From: Ancylonema sp. | Taxonomy: Eukaryota | Direction: 5' to 3' | NCBI GenBank assembly: GCA_050230475.1 | Contig: JBFLGF010000210.1 | Coordinates: 62,001-83,774, forward strand | DNA: 21,774 nt | Shown: in pieces, positions 1 through 16,100 of the stretch | How positions within the stretch are numbered: position 1 is the first letter of the stretch | Layout of the letters: the number at the start of each line of letters is the position of its first letter | Position numbers and translations under genes: made by a program | Notes under the pieces: model-generated | Told to the model about the DNA's origin: nothing | What the model saw: only the letters and a program-made list of their open reading frames with translations | The model's database searches: none

Positions 1-4056
<4,056 letters not shown>

Positions 4057-5067
4057 TACCTTCAATATCATGTACATAAATGTTGTAGCATCAAGTTGAG
4101 GACGAATTATTTTGAAATAGACGTAAGAAAGTCGTGTCGCCCACCTTCAAGTACGCCACAAATACTCAAGGTCGCGATATGTCAGTTTGAACATTCTTGG
4201 TATGAGGTAGCTCGACAGCTATCCGTCAATTGGGAAAGAATATTAGATCGGATAAGGATAGGGTGTAATCCATGTAGTGGAGCGTTAGGTCTACTTGATA
4301 CATAGGTGGCGAGTATTGTTGAGAAACGTGCGATGTCCGCACATCACTGTGTCTAATATGTCTACTATGTCTAATATGTTTAATATGCCTTTATTTTGCG
4401 CAAAAGTTGGTTATGATGTGAAGTACTATACCACAAAACTCTGGGTTAAAATCATCTATAGTCTGCATCCATTCAAGTGAGGGTTGATGCAAATGGGCGA
4501 TATCTGTGATCCATGTAATGGTCATCAATGAAGTGAAAGAAGTAACATGGTGTCATGTTACACCATCCCACGGATTTGTTAGGAACGTGCCCATGTTAAG
4601 CCTTCGCAAAAGTGGAAGTCTCAATTCAGAGCGGTCATCCACCCTAGATCATGACAATAAACAAAGATAAGGATAGGCCAAAACAAGGATCAGACACGGG
4701 ATTGTTTGTAATCCTTCCCATCTTACCTCCACAACAAGAATAGATGACACACAACGAAGATGAATGTTGATTTAAGGGAGAAGTTGACGCAATTAAAAAG
4801 AGGGAGTCCAACCTTTGGCATGTGGGGATGAATATCCTTTTCTAAAGCAGTACCATCACATGAAAGCCAAAACGTTTTAGGTCACCTTCAATTGGCAGAA
4901 CCAATTAGGTTGGAATACCCCATCAGATTGGGTCTGTAAATGAATGTCCATGTTTGATGCGGGCCCTTCAAATGATCAGCTGATCACATATGCTGCTTTC
5001 TGTTGGCACCTTAACACTAAAGTGAACACCCTAACAGATTTGGGTCTGGGAAATAATTTTCTTGTGT

Positions 5068-5202
5068 AATGGCAGCCCCATTATGGACAAACCCTAAAAC
5101 TATAAAAGAATACAGCCGAAGACTTGGATGAATTCCTGTAGTATGAGGGTCTGAAGTTGATTTTTTTCTCCAAAATGGCAGCCCCATGGCTCAAACCCTA
5201 AA
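5068..5202 (+). repeat. Two dispersed ~30-bp copies each ending in a telo-box/plant telomere-like AAACCCTAAA
   Basis: aatggcagccccat...caaaccctaaa at 5068-5098 and 5174-5202. Confidence 0.6.
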
Positions 5203-7276
5203 GAACGTTTATTTTTTATTTTTAATACAGTCGGTAAAACCATCACGAGTGGATATCATCATACGGTATTGTGAGGAATGCTTTCCTTTTTGGTATAAAT
5301 ATATTTGGCTTATCCAAAGCATTTGAATGTACTCGGCCATACCGATACATTGTTGATCACACTAAGCACAATGCACTCTTCATATGATATATAGAATATG
5401 CATGCACTCCACTATTTGGATGTTAGTGGGAGTGGTGGCTGCGGTGGATCAATAATTGTTTTGATATGCCACACGGCATCATCAGTGAGGCAACACTTTC
5501 CCTCAAACCTTGGCTTGGAGTGGGAATGATTGTGGGGATCTAACCTCCTAGGTGACGATGGGATGATGGGCTAGCTACTCCTCATTAAATTGCAACCGAC
5601 TAGGAGGTGGATACATACTCATGTGTATAAATTTTGGTTTGGGTGGACAGGCCCTACTCCGATTTTTTTTTGTGCAAGCCTCCCTTCTATATTGACACGC
5701 CGCGTGGCGCATGGAGTTTTATAAAGCTAAAGACTCGGGAGCTTCCATTAGCTTTGGGGGGGGAGTCAGAATCATATTGCACATGACAGAGTAGATGTGT
5801 ATGAGTTGTGCGCATGCACTCGATGGTGCGTGGTGTAGATGAGTGAGTGAGATGTATTGTGATTGCACACAGGGCCTGGGTATGCATGTGTGTAGTGCAT
5901 TATACCACACGTGCGGGTTCGCACGTGTGTGTTGGTGTGCGGTATTAGCTGTGATAACACGTGTGGGTATACACGTATTGATGTGTTCGTTAGTGCGGTG
6001 ACACGTGTGAGATACACGTCTTTACACATGTGTGTGTAGACGATGCTAGATAGCACGACATCTCCATCCCCATTGTCTCCGTTGCATTCCGACCAGATTG
6101 GGATATTTTGCAAGTTGCCTAGGCGAAAGAATCTCAAACACGGCAATCTCCATACCCCACAATCATCCACCTGCTCCCAAAACAACCAAAAAAAAAGCCA
6201 ACACCTGTGAATCATTTCAGGTCAGATTTCGTAATTTACGTTAGAGATGGTAAATTTAATGACGTCATCTCCACTCCAAATTCGGAGAATAACCGGCGGA
6301 TGCAAAATACGAGTCTTCATTGAAGGGGTGCCACAGAACTCCCGCAAGCTCTTCCACTCCCCCGCTACTGAATACCCACAGGCGATGATCTTCCATTCCA
6401 GGACTAAAAATTGAAGTCGTCAGTCCCCCCCTCCGTCACGCATCCTACTGCTACTTCTGTTTCTTCTACGTTTCTGTCAGAGCAGGGCAAGGAATCCACG
6501 TCTTATGGCTTCGTAGACTACGCGGATGCACGTCATTGGACATGCAACGGATCCCGTCTCAAGGGTGAGAGGCACGCCTGATATCAGATGTGCTGACACG
6601 CAGATGAATATTTTGGAGCGGCAACTTGCACCTCGCACAGATTCACTGGCTGTCGAATTCTGATGTTGCACACGGAGTGTCCGCTGTTACGGTTTTCAAA
6701 ATTTTGATCCGTCTGAAAGTCGCATTCAATAGACTAGCGATACAGCGTGAACGCGGTCCGTAGTCTCGCAAGGTGTGAGAGATGTTTGAAAGCAGTTCCC
6801 TTGAAGTCTGAGGCTCAGAGTTTTCAAGTCTTCAATCGTTGTACAGATTGAAATTCGATTTTTGGTAAGCATCTGAATGTCATCTCGCTATCGTTCAAGA
6901 AAAGTCCATTGCTTTAATCTCTTCTCCTGTCATTCCTTTGTAGACGAAGTGAGCGAGGGTAGGTGGGAAAATAAAATTGATGGCAGACGCAAGCTCGAGT
7001 GGCCAGGTGAGGATAGGGCACCTGAAATATCACGCGAAAAACACGAAAGTAGGAGGATGATCATGCATTTTCCAATAACATACACAATGTGCCAAGCACC
7101 TCATTCCGATGTTGGTTTATGTCGGTATGGAGATGACATTGTGGCCTATGTTGGTGTTCCGAAAATCCCATTTTGATAATTGAACACCCTCAATAATATC
7201 AATGTTGCTCTCATTTTTGGGGTTGTTGTACAAACAAACGACGTTTGTTGTTATTCTATTCAAGGGTCATGGAGCG

Positions 7277-9416
7277 ATGGACTTAAAAGTCGGGCGCAAC
7301 TCTATCCCCGACACCACCTCCATGACCGCCTTCCTCGACAACACCGATTTGATGAGTCACATGTTCGGCTTCATCACAGAGAAAAAGGAGAAGAAAAGTG
7401 CCTCTCGCGTGTGCAAGGGTTGGAGAAGAAAAGTGCCTCTCGCGTGTGCAAGGGTTGGAGAGAGCTGACAAATACCTTCCCCACCCGGAGGAAGGCCATA
7501 TTGAATGTGAAATACGAGGATGGACCCCGCTTAGAGCGAATAGAGAAACAAAGGCGACAACCCTTTTGGGAAGCTTCAATGTCGGCCATCGAAGGCATGC
7601 TCACTCACCGCAAACACATCACGCAATATAGCTTTTATTGTGAATATCGCAGCATCGATTGGTGGGCAGACCTTGCAACTTTCATGCCTCACTTGACATG
7701 GCTCTCACTCTGTGTGGGAGTAGGGGTCGACGGGATGGAAGACACACCGTTTGCACTCAAAGGTCTCCCCAACCTCACCTACCTATGCCTTGCTGGTGCT
7801 TATGGCGCTGCCAATAAGCCGTTCGGGGCATACACGCTATCGTCTATCGTATTGCGGCTGCCAGCATTACAAACTCTCGAGTTGGATGAAGATGTGGACA
7901 AGGATAATGCCATGGAGGTGTGGAAGCTGAAAATCAGGTGCCCCTCCTTGGTGTCAATTCGTGTTACCATCCACGCGGAATTGTCGATGTCGACATCATG
8001 GTTTGCACATTTGCAGTTCTTGGACTTGACTCTTCACGATGTGAGTGCATATCTTAATAAAAAATATTTTAGAGTCATCATTTTGGGGGTCTTTTGAAAA
8101 AATCTCAGTTGATAGAGTTTGTTTTTCGCAAAATACTCAATGGAGGCGCACAATATATGAGAATCACTTTGCCATTCATCGATTTAACTTAATTTATTTG
8201 TCTTTTATTTATAAAGAGGAAAAAGGTGAGGGGAAGTTGTGAAGCTTTTAAGTATCTCTCCAAGACACCCAAAAGTATCACCATGTTTTGCTTCAATGTG
8301 GTAATGATAACCGTTCGTTAATTTGAAACCCACATTAACAACTCCAATGCAAACATGTATTGTCGTCCACATTTTCATTTTTTGGTTTTTGGGGTTTTTG
8401 GCTTCTGGGTTTTTCTCGGATTTTTGAGGTATGCAATCTCATATATTTTTCTCACGCATCCTAATCTCAATCGTTTCTTTTTAGGTACCTGAGGTCATGA
8501 AACGCAGTGATGATGAGCAAGAGTGGGTGTTAGACACCTGCCCACAACTTGTTTCATTGAAAGTTTTCATCGTTTGTTTACGAGATGTAGATGATAAGAA
8601 CGATGATGACCATGATGACATCATACGAAGTATTACTTTCGACCTGCCCTCCTTGGAAAAACTCTACATAGAAAATGCTCATACGGTAAAGAAGTGCACA
8701 CTCACATGCCCAAAGTTGGTGGATCTTGAATTCGTGGATTGCGGGAGGATGGTCGCACTCAAGTTCGACGGCGGAGCTCGACTGCACAATTTGTACTGTG
8801 AGTCGAGATCATCTTCATCATGCATTGCGGATCACAAGAAACAAGTCATCTCATGTGAATGTATACCATTTATTATTGAGTTAGTATTTATATATTCATG
8901 CTATTGTGTATGCGTAAGTATTTTCGCCGTACGTTGTTGTGAGTTCTTTCCCACCAATTTCTCAAGGGATGAGGGAATAAATGCTAGTTGTTCAAAGAAA
9001 TTTGCTACTCAGTTTGAACGAAATGCATCCCTAGACCCATGCCAATTTCTATATACCTCCATTTTGTCCTATTTTTGGCCCGAAATCAATGAACCGGGGT
9101 CTCTGATGTTGATGCGAAACACAAATGCCCAATATCATTCATATTTGGAGCACCTCGATTTGCACCAATAATTTAAACATCACTGCTCGAGAGTGCATGT
9201 GTCATTGACTATTACTCTCACTTTTTTTGGGGTTTTTTCTGGGGTCTATTTTTAACATACATTTCTTTCACGTCGTCCCTAGAAATTTAATCGCCTTATG
9301 TCCCTTTCCTGTTGGCGCACACAGTAGGCGGTGCGCCTCTACTCGACGAGTATTGGTGGAATCTTGAGGAAATCCTTGATACGCAGCACGCTGCCCTTGT
9401 GCATGGTGAGCATTAA
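7277..9416 (+). pseudogene. F-box / leucine-rich-repeat (RNI-like) protein gene, frameshifted in exon 1
   Basis: ATG 7277 gives the F-box-like FLDNTDLMSHMFGFI...SASRVCKGWR. Removing one 35-bp repeat joins it to the ORF 7180 frame with LRR-type motifs (MPHLTWLSL, LPNLTYLCL, LPALQTLEL, CPSLVSIRV). The intron 8041(GTGAGT)-8484(TTTAG) is phase 0 and leads to exon 8485-8797 (CPQLVSLKV, LPSLEKLYI, CPKLVDLEF). A probable third exon starts at 9325 (LHNLY|LGGAPLL) and ends at stop 9414-9416 or donor 9406. The 3' end is uncertain. Confidence 0.75.
7387..7456 (+). repeat. Perfect 35-bp tandem duplication
   Basis: ggagaagaaaagtgcctctcgcgtgtgcaagggtt x2 (7387-7421, 7422-7456), followed by ggaga. Confidence 0.98.
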
Positions 9417-9429
9417 GGCTTTAAGTAAT

Positions 9430-9668
9430 AATGAGAAGAATGAAAGTAAGGATAAGAATGATAGTAATGATAAGAATGATAGTAATGATAAGAACGATAG
9501 TAATGATAAGAACGATAGTAATGATAAGAATGATAGTGATGATAAGAATGATGGTAATGATAGTAATGATGGTAATGATAGTAATGATAAGAATGATAGT
9601 AATGATAAGAATGATAGTAATGATAGTAAGGATAGTAATGATAGTAATGATAAGAATGATAAAATGAT
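9430..9668. repeat. 9/18-bp minisatellite (GATAAGAATGATAGTAAT)n
   Basis: Alternating gataagaat/gatagtaat units, which produce the spurious NDKNDS and MIRMIV ORFs. Confidence 0.95.
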
Positions 9669-10234
9669 TGTGGTTACCCTAATGAAACAACCTGTTCATA
9701 GTTTCAAAGTTCAAACACATAGAGGAGGCATGAAAACTGAATTAAACCGAGGATTCGCTTTTTGTCACTCAGAATGATGTTTGGTAGGTCGAATTTGATC
9801 GATTTTATCTCTCGTTTTTTTACCACAACCTTTACTATTTTGGGTGTAGATGGTTGAGGACAAGCGGCTAAAGAGTTAGACATCTGAACTTTGGTGACGT
9901 GAGGCGAACTTCGTGTGGTTTCACAAAGGATTGGAGACTCACAAGATAAGACAAAATATTGAGATGATAGAGGTCGCAAATACATATATGGACTCTCCCT
10001 CGAGTGGAGTAGAGCCTGTTGGATTCCGGGTAACCGGTTGTAATCTGAATTGCTTTTAGTTTCAGCCGTAGTCATTAGTTTCAGCCGTAGTCAGAATGAT
10101 GTGTGACCTTTAGCTAGTTTGACACGGTGTGTAGTGTTTGACATGATGTGTAGTATGATGGGTGATGTGTCACTAGATGTTTAGTATCGGTCGCATCAGT
10201 CATAGTGAAAGACATTGATGGTTCATGGTTGATG

Positions 10235-11429
10235 TGTTATCAAGATAGGTGGTAGGAAAGACATTGATGTAACAATGTCTTAACTCGTGCACTTAACGTT
10301 ACGTCGTTATTCATACGTTTTCATTGTGGTGTAATATGGACTCTTGTTACAACAAGTGCATTGTAGTCATTGTATCTTGCATGACGCTTCGCATATACAA
10401 GTGAAAACCCAGTTTGAGTGATCTGGCCTAATGGCAGACCCAACGGGTATTAGTGGTATCAGAGCCGAGGGGGTGCGACCCGTGGCTACTTTAATGAAAA
10501 GCAATTATCGTGCATGGTCAACGAAATGGAAGGCCCAATTGAAAGTGATGGATTGTTGGCAACTCGTGTCGGGCGTCGAATTACAGCCGCCGGCAACCGG
10601 CTGTGACGGAGCGACACATACCGCAGCCGTTGCGGCAAGGCGAAACTGGGACAAACGAAACGATCGAGCGACCGCGGTCCTGATCACGTCAATCACCGAC
10701 GACGAATTGCACACGGTGCAGGCGGTCGACGAAGATCCAGTGGCAATATGGACACAACTGCGCAAGAAATTCGAGCGTCGATCCGAGGCTGAAGCGGAAA
10801 CTGCCTTCATGAAATTTCTCGACTTCACGCACAAAGAAGCCGAGACCGCCAACGAGACGATTGAGCGATTCAAAACGCTCCTGACGAACTGCCTCGATCA
10901 AGGAGTTGCTGTCGACGAAAATATGAAGAAGCGGATGTTAATTGGACGGCCGGCGGACCGGTACCAATTTCTGAAGCTAAACTACCTGTTGGCGCCTGTG
11001 GAGACAAAACCGGACCTGGCAGCGCTCAAGGCGCAGCTTCGCGACATCGACTCCGAATTCCAGAAGTCCAATGGCGGAACGAATAGCAAGACCGGGCAGG
11101 GAAATCGTGCTGAAGGTGAAGTCAACTGGGGCCAAAGTTCAACCTCGGGAGGCTCCAAACAGACAGTACGATAAATCGAGTGGGAAGCATTCTTGTCGAT
11201 GCGACAAGAAGAACGGCGGACGTGGCAGTGGCAGCGATCGCGACCATTACGACAAGAATGGAAGCGGAGCAAGCGGCGGGGACGTCAGTTGCTACTGCTG
11301 CGGGCAGAAGGGCCACATCAAGCCGAACTATCCCAAGAAGGACGAGTCTTGTCGCAAGTGCGGCAAAACCGGCCACCTTCAAGCGATGTGCAAATCGACA
11401 GGCGGCAACGGAAATTCAGAGGGATCCCG
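10235..11429 (+). mobile_element. Ty1/copia LTR retrotransposon A, 5' part (LTR end, PBS, gag); interrupted at 11430 by element B
   Basis: PBS TGGTATCAGAGCC at 10454-10466 and a copia-type gag. The left LTR boundary is only a guess (a TG at 10233/10235). The LTR end reads TATTA rather than ..CA. Confidence 0.8.
10431..11429 (+). pseudogene. gag: Copia A gag (UBN2/Retrotran_gag_2-like, two CCHC zinc knuckles), one frameshift near 11150-11175
   Basis: LMKSNYRAWSTKWKAQLKVMDCWQLVSG, WDKRNDRATAVLITSITDD, AIWTQLRKKFE. The second frame gives CYCCGQKGHIKPNY and CRKCGKTGHLQAMC (11290-11391). Confidence 0.88.
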
Positions 11430-11868
11430 TGTAGGAATAGGTTGCCTATTTGCCTAAGTTCCTAGTTCGGCATAGTTAATCCGGTCGAAATGGTAGTCCG
11501 GATGCATGTTAGTCGATCCTTCATTTCTATTGGTTTATGTGCATGACGTCGTGAGTATTGAATGTGTGGAGTATAAAGTCAGGTGTAGAATCTTGATTGG
11601 TGCATTAGATAACGTGATATGTTGCATGATCATGACTCATCCATTTGTATCGGTGAAGTAGACGTGGGCACGAATCTGAGTAGGTCGACTCATTGTTTGT
11701 GTCTAGCGGAACTTGCCCAAGGTCAGACTTTTGGACCTCGGGAATCTAATTGATCGAACTTGCAACTCATCTCACACCGATCTGAATGCGTTGTGAATGA
11801 GAAGTGTATGGGCACTTGTTCGAGATAGCATTCACGCTTAAGACTTCATTGACTACATGGAGTCTTCA
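11430..11868 (+). repeat. 5' LTR of copia element B (439 bp)
   Basis: It starts with TGTAGGA where the A gag abruptly becomes non-coding AT-richer DNA. It ends with TCTTCA, followed by TT and the PBS TGGTATCAGAGC at 11871-11882. The partner LTR is not in the window. Confidence 0.8.
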
Positions 11869-12471
11869 TTTGGTATCAGAGCGGAAGGTGATGATTCTGG
11901 ATTTTCAAGGTCCAGAATTATTCTCACGGAGAATAATTATAGGGTCTGGTCTACGGTATTAGAACAGAGCCTTAGGGATAAAAAGTTATGGGGGCACGTC
12001 ATGGGTACGGCAGTCAGACCTCCTCGTCCGCGCGCAATGGCACCGGCGGTTCGGGCAATCGCTGCAGCCCAAGGTGTACTAGCCGGGCCGGTGCCGCGGA
12101 AGTTACGCAAGCAATAGTGGACAGGGAAACGAAACTCTCCAGAGGATTTTGAATGCGTCCATGGCGAGGGCGAACAGTGTGCTGCTGTCTACGCTTGAAC
12201 CTAAGGATGTCATGGCGACAATGGATGCTTCCTAGCCCGGCGAAGAAGTGGGACAAACTTTCGTCGGACTATGCAGCCGTCTTGGCTCAAATGGCTACCG
12301 TTGCCAGATCTCGGTTCAATGACTTTCGAATGAGAGATGGTGATACTGTGGTTCAGACGCAGCACCGATTTGATCAATTGGTCAATGAATACATCACCCA
12401 AGCATTGGCAATAACCGAGAATGACAAGACGATGGCGCTTTTGACCCATCCCTCGGAGAAGTGGCGTGTGT
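11857..12471 (+). pseudogene. gag: Copia B gag, N-terminal part (frameshifted), interrupted by element C
   Basis: ILTENNYRVWSTVLEQSLRDKKLWGHVMG ... PAKKWDKLSSDY ... RFNDFRMRDGDTV ... MALLTHPSEKWRV. Confidence 0.88.
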
Positions 12472-12472
12472 G

Positions 12473-13123
12473 TGTGAAGTATTCAGCAACATAGGTGTAT
12501 ATTAATATAGGATTACTTTAGCCGGCCAAAGTTGCCGTAATAGAGTGTGCGAACTTTTGGCGGTTTGCGGTTTGGTGTGGTTTGGTTACTTTTCGTGTCT
12601 ATGTCATGAAGTTACGTGTTGGTTTGAGTTTGATTAGTTTGATGACACGTGTCGATAATCTCAACGTATTTAGAATGATTGAGTGTATCGGAATGATAGT
12701 AATAATGTTTGTTAGAGTAGTTGTGTTCAGACGTGGCCGTGGCGTAATCAGCTCGGCGCGCATGGTGACTCAATCTTAGAAGATTGGTATTTGATGGTTT
12801 AGATTGCTCGTTCGTTCTCGTGGGTAATCTAGGATTCATAATCATTTGGAACTGATTGGAACTTGTTTGCGTCTCCTTGTTTGTGTGTGCGTCTCAAGGT
12901 CAGAATTTTGGTTAGATTCAGATTATCTCACACAATGGGTATAGAGACGATCCTTCTCCTTGTGGATTTACTTCTGCTTTTACTGAAAGAAGCTTTCGTC
13001 TACGTGCAGCGCAAAAATGAGTATGAGTGTGCGATGAGTATGTGAATAAGTATACGCACTTTTGAGTAGTGTTTGAGTTTAAGAGTTTATAAGAGTTGTG
13101 TTGACGCCTCAATGGCGTCATCA
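12473..13123 (+). repeat. 5' LTR of element C (651 bp)
   Basis: TGTGAAGTATTCAGCAAC...GGCGTCATCA, a direct repeat of 17543-18165. Confidence 0.95.
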
Positions 13124-16100
13124 AGTGGTATCAGAGCTTCTGCTCTGGGACTTCAGAGTACATGAAGAAGATAATATTGAAAGACGCTTTGTCCTATGGT
13201 CCATGGCGGACAAAATTCACAGCGATATTAGACGCAGAGGACTGTCTCGAAATAGTGAACGGTACTGAACTGGAGCCGCTAGAGAGAGCTGAGGTGCTGA
13301 ATGCTGACAATACTTCAGCAAACAATGAGGAGGTGAACAAGAGACAGGTGGAAATCAAGGACTGGAGGAAGAGGTCAAAGAAAGCAGCGTCGCTGATAAC
13401 TCAAACCATGGACGACAGTATAGTAATGAGCCTGGACGTTCATGGAAACAATCCTACACTCATGTGGGCTCAACTTGGTGCTGATTATAACACGATTACG
13501 CCAGCGCTGCGTTCTTCGGCACGAACTGATTTTCTCACCTTCAAGATCGGAGAGGATGAGTCGTATATTGATACTAAGCTTAGATATGATGAGCTGTTGC
13601 GGAAGTAGACCGTTCAGGGTGGACTGATCGGAGAGAATGATCGCCTTCAAACTCTACTTGGAGCTCTCCCGAGGAAATACGATCATCTCAAAGAGTCCTA
13701 CTTTGCACAGACTCCTGCCCCTAGCATCCGGTACGTATGGGATCGCATGTACAACATAGAGAGTCAGGAAAAGTAGAGAGAGTTGCAGGAAGAATTATCA
13801 GGAATGGGAGCGGGAGTCTATTATCAATCAGCAAGGGGTCGAGGGAATTTCAGAGGAAGGGGAAGGAGGGGAACATTTGGTGGACACGAGGTGTCGGCAG
13901 AGGAAACGAGGGGAAATCAGAGAATTGCTTTAGGTGGAGAGCCAGACCTGGAGTAGAGAGTGTCCTCAGAAAGACACCATCTGCACATGGTGTGCGTGTT
14001 GGTCATATTGCAGACATGCTAGCAGTGAATGGCACCAAGGGGAGGGAAGTCTGGAGTTTTAAGGGGCAGAGGTCGAGGTGCAGGAGCTGCTGGTAGGGGT
14101 GGGTATCAGATATGGACAGGGCGCGGATGAGGAGGGGGAACAGGGACATGCCGAGGAGCTGATAGGAGAGATCAGCATGGGATCAGGGGAAGATGATGGA
14201 GAAGATCGGGACTGGGTGTGTGACAGTGGAGCTGACTACCATATGTCAGGGGACATCACACTTTTCGAATCTCTCTCTGATATTCCAACTAAGTTCTAAG
14301 TCAAACAGATAAAGGGGGAGGTGTCGATAACAAAATGGGGTGTTGTGCGTCTGTACACTGACAAAGGAAAGGGGGTGAGAGGTGCCCTGGAGTTGCACGA
14401 GGTGCTTTACTTGCCAGGGATGAGAGTAAACATTTTCTCTCTTCAACGAATTCGGGGACAAGGGCGAATGCAGCTTTGCTTTGAGGGGAAGCCGCATCCT
14501 GAAAAACTGATTCCTATTCTGAACAAAGAGGGGCAGCAGATGCAAAAGTGGGAGACACTCAAGGGAAGACCAACCAGTGTGCTTAGAGCTCAATGTGCCT
14601 GAGGAGATGAAGGGAGAAGTACTTGGGGGGAAAGGGATTAGCGGAGCTGCTACACAAGAGGCAGGCACACTTCTCAGGGGGGGATGGTGAGGTGGGTGCG
14701 TGAGCAGATGGTCAGGGGTCTCGAGGAGGGGATGAAGGGTGATTTTGGCATGTGTAGGGGCTGCAATATGGGAAAGTCCAGTGAAAAAAATCATCCGCGA
14801 AAATCTCAGGAGTATCGGGCAACAGAACCTCTCGAGCTGGGTCATACGGACATCGCGCTGGACCTTTCAAACCAAAGGCAGTTGGAGGAGGGGGGGGTCA
14901 GTACAATCTGGTGGTCATCGATGACTTCAGCCGAAAGTCCTGGACAATACCTACGAAAGAAGAGTGAGATACCAAGGTGGCGGGCGGCGCTGAAGCACTG
15001 GATTGCTGTCAACGAAAATCAAAGTGGGAAGACGGTCAAGAAGCTGAGGTCAGACAATGGGGGGGAGTATGTCGATGGTGAACTTGAGACCAGACCTGGC
15101 TGGGCTGAAGGAGCATGGCATCCTTCATCAAACTAAACTATTACAGCAGATCGTTCTCCTCAGAGCAATGGGATAGCTGACCGTATGAATAGGACGCTTC
15201 AGGACAGGGCCAGGTCGATGCTGGTGGGTGCTGGTCTAGGAGGGGGATTTCTGGGTCGAGGCGATCATCGCAGCTGCCTCGTACATTCGGAACAGGGGTC
15301 CAGTGGCTGGCTTGAGCAAGACACCTGATGAGCTTTGGTCAGGCAGCATTCCATCGATCAAACATTTGCGGGCTTATGGGAGCAAAGCCTATGTGTCATT
15401 GGAGAAGTTCAAAAGAGCAGGAAAAATGGGGACAACGAAGTGGGAGGGGGTGATTGTCGGTTATCCCACGGGAAGTGTCGGGTACCGAGTCTGGGATCCT
15501 GTCAGGGGGAAGGTGTTCAATGTGGGGGTTCCAGATGTCGATGAGAGTGTCGAGGCAGGTTGGTGGAGGACGACAGTCGATGGTGGGGTGTTCGATGATG
15601 TCGAACCTGTTCGATTTCCAGATCTCAATGATGATGTCGATGCTGTGGGGGTAGCGACACATCAGCTGGAAATGCCTGCTCTGGTGGAAGACAGCAGTGA
15701 CGATGAAGACGAGGGGGAGGATAATGAGAATGGAGGAGATGGTGGAGATTGTGGAGATGACAGCTGGGGACCTGATGATGATGCTCCTGAGCACGAGGGT
15801 CCAGCATCGAAAGTGGGGTGGGACACACAGGAGAGGGGAGAAGCCTAGGCACAGCAACAGGGATAATCGAGGTGTACCACCACTTCGGTTCATCGAGGCC
15901 TATCTTGCAAGTGCCAGCAGATGCAGGGGCGGATCAAAATCCTCAGTCAGTTCGAGAAAGCTCTTCAGGGGGAGCACAAGGAGGAGTGGCAACAAGCGAT
16001 GAACAAGTGAGATTGGCAAGTCTGAAAGAAAATGGGGTCTATGAGCTGGTAGATAGGCCCAAGGGAAAGAAGGTGGTGAAATCAAAGTGGGTTTTCAGGG

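Noticed and set aside
4080..7200. Short ORFs or RNA genes in the intergenic region
   Set aside because: No recognisable protein motif, tRNA or snRNA pattern was seen by eye. Splice-like signals near 6865, 6943 and 7264 may mark 5' UTR introns of the F-box gene but cannot be supported without transcripts.
7180..7386. N-terminus of the 305-aa ORF as the true start
   Set aside because: It starts at TTG and this part has no recognisable motif. The F-box lies in the ATG-7277 frame, and the 7180 frame is meaningful only after the duplication.
8798..9171. C-terminal half of ORF 8497..9171
   Set aside because: It follows a strong GTGAGT donor at 8798 and LRR periodicity stops, so it is likely intron read-through.
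9331..9777. 148-aa ORF with NDKNDS repeats, or a CRISPR-like array
   Set aside because: It is a contiguous 9/18-bp minisatellite with no unique spacers and no cas genes, in a eukaryotic context. The probable exon at 9325 uses a different frame.
11071..11174. Programmed ribosomal frameshift in copia A gag
   Set aside because: The shift is upstream of the zinc knuckles, no slippery heptamer is apparent, and neighbouring elements have many random indels.
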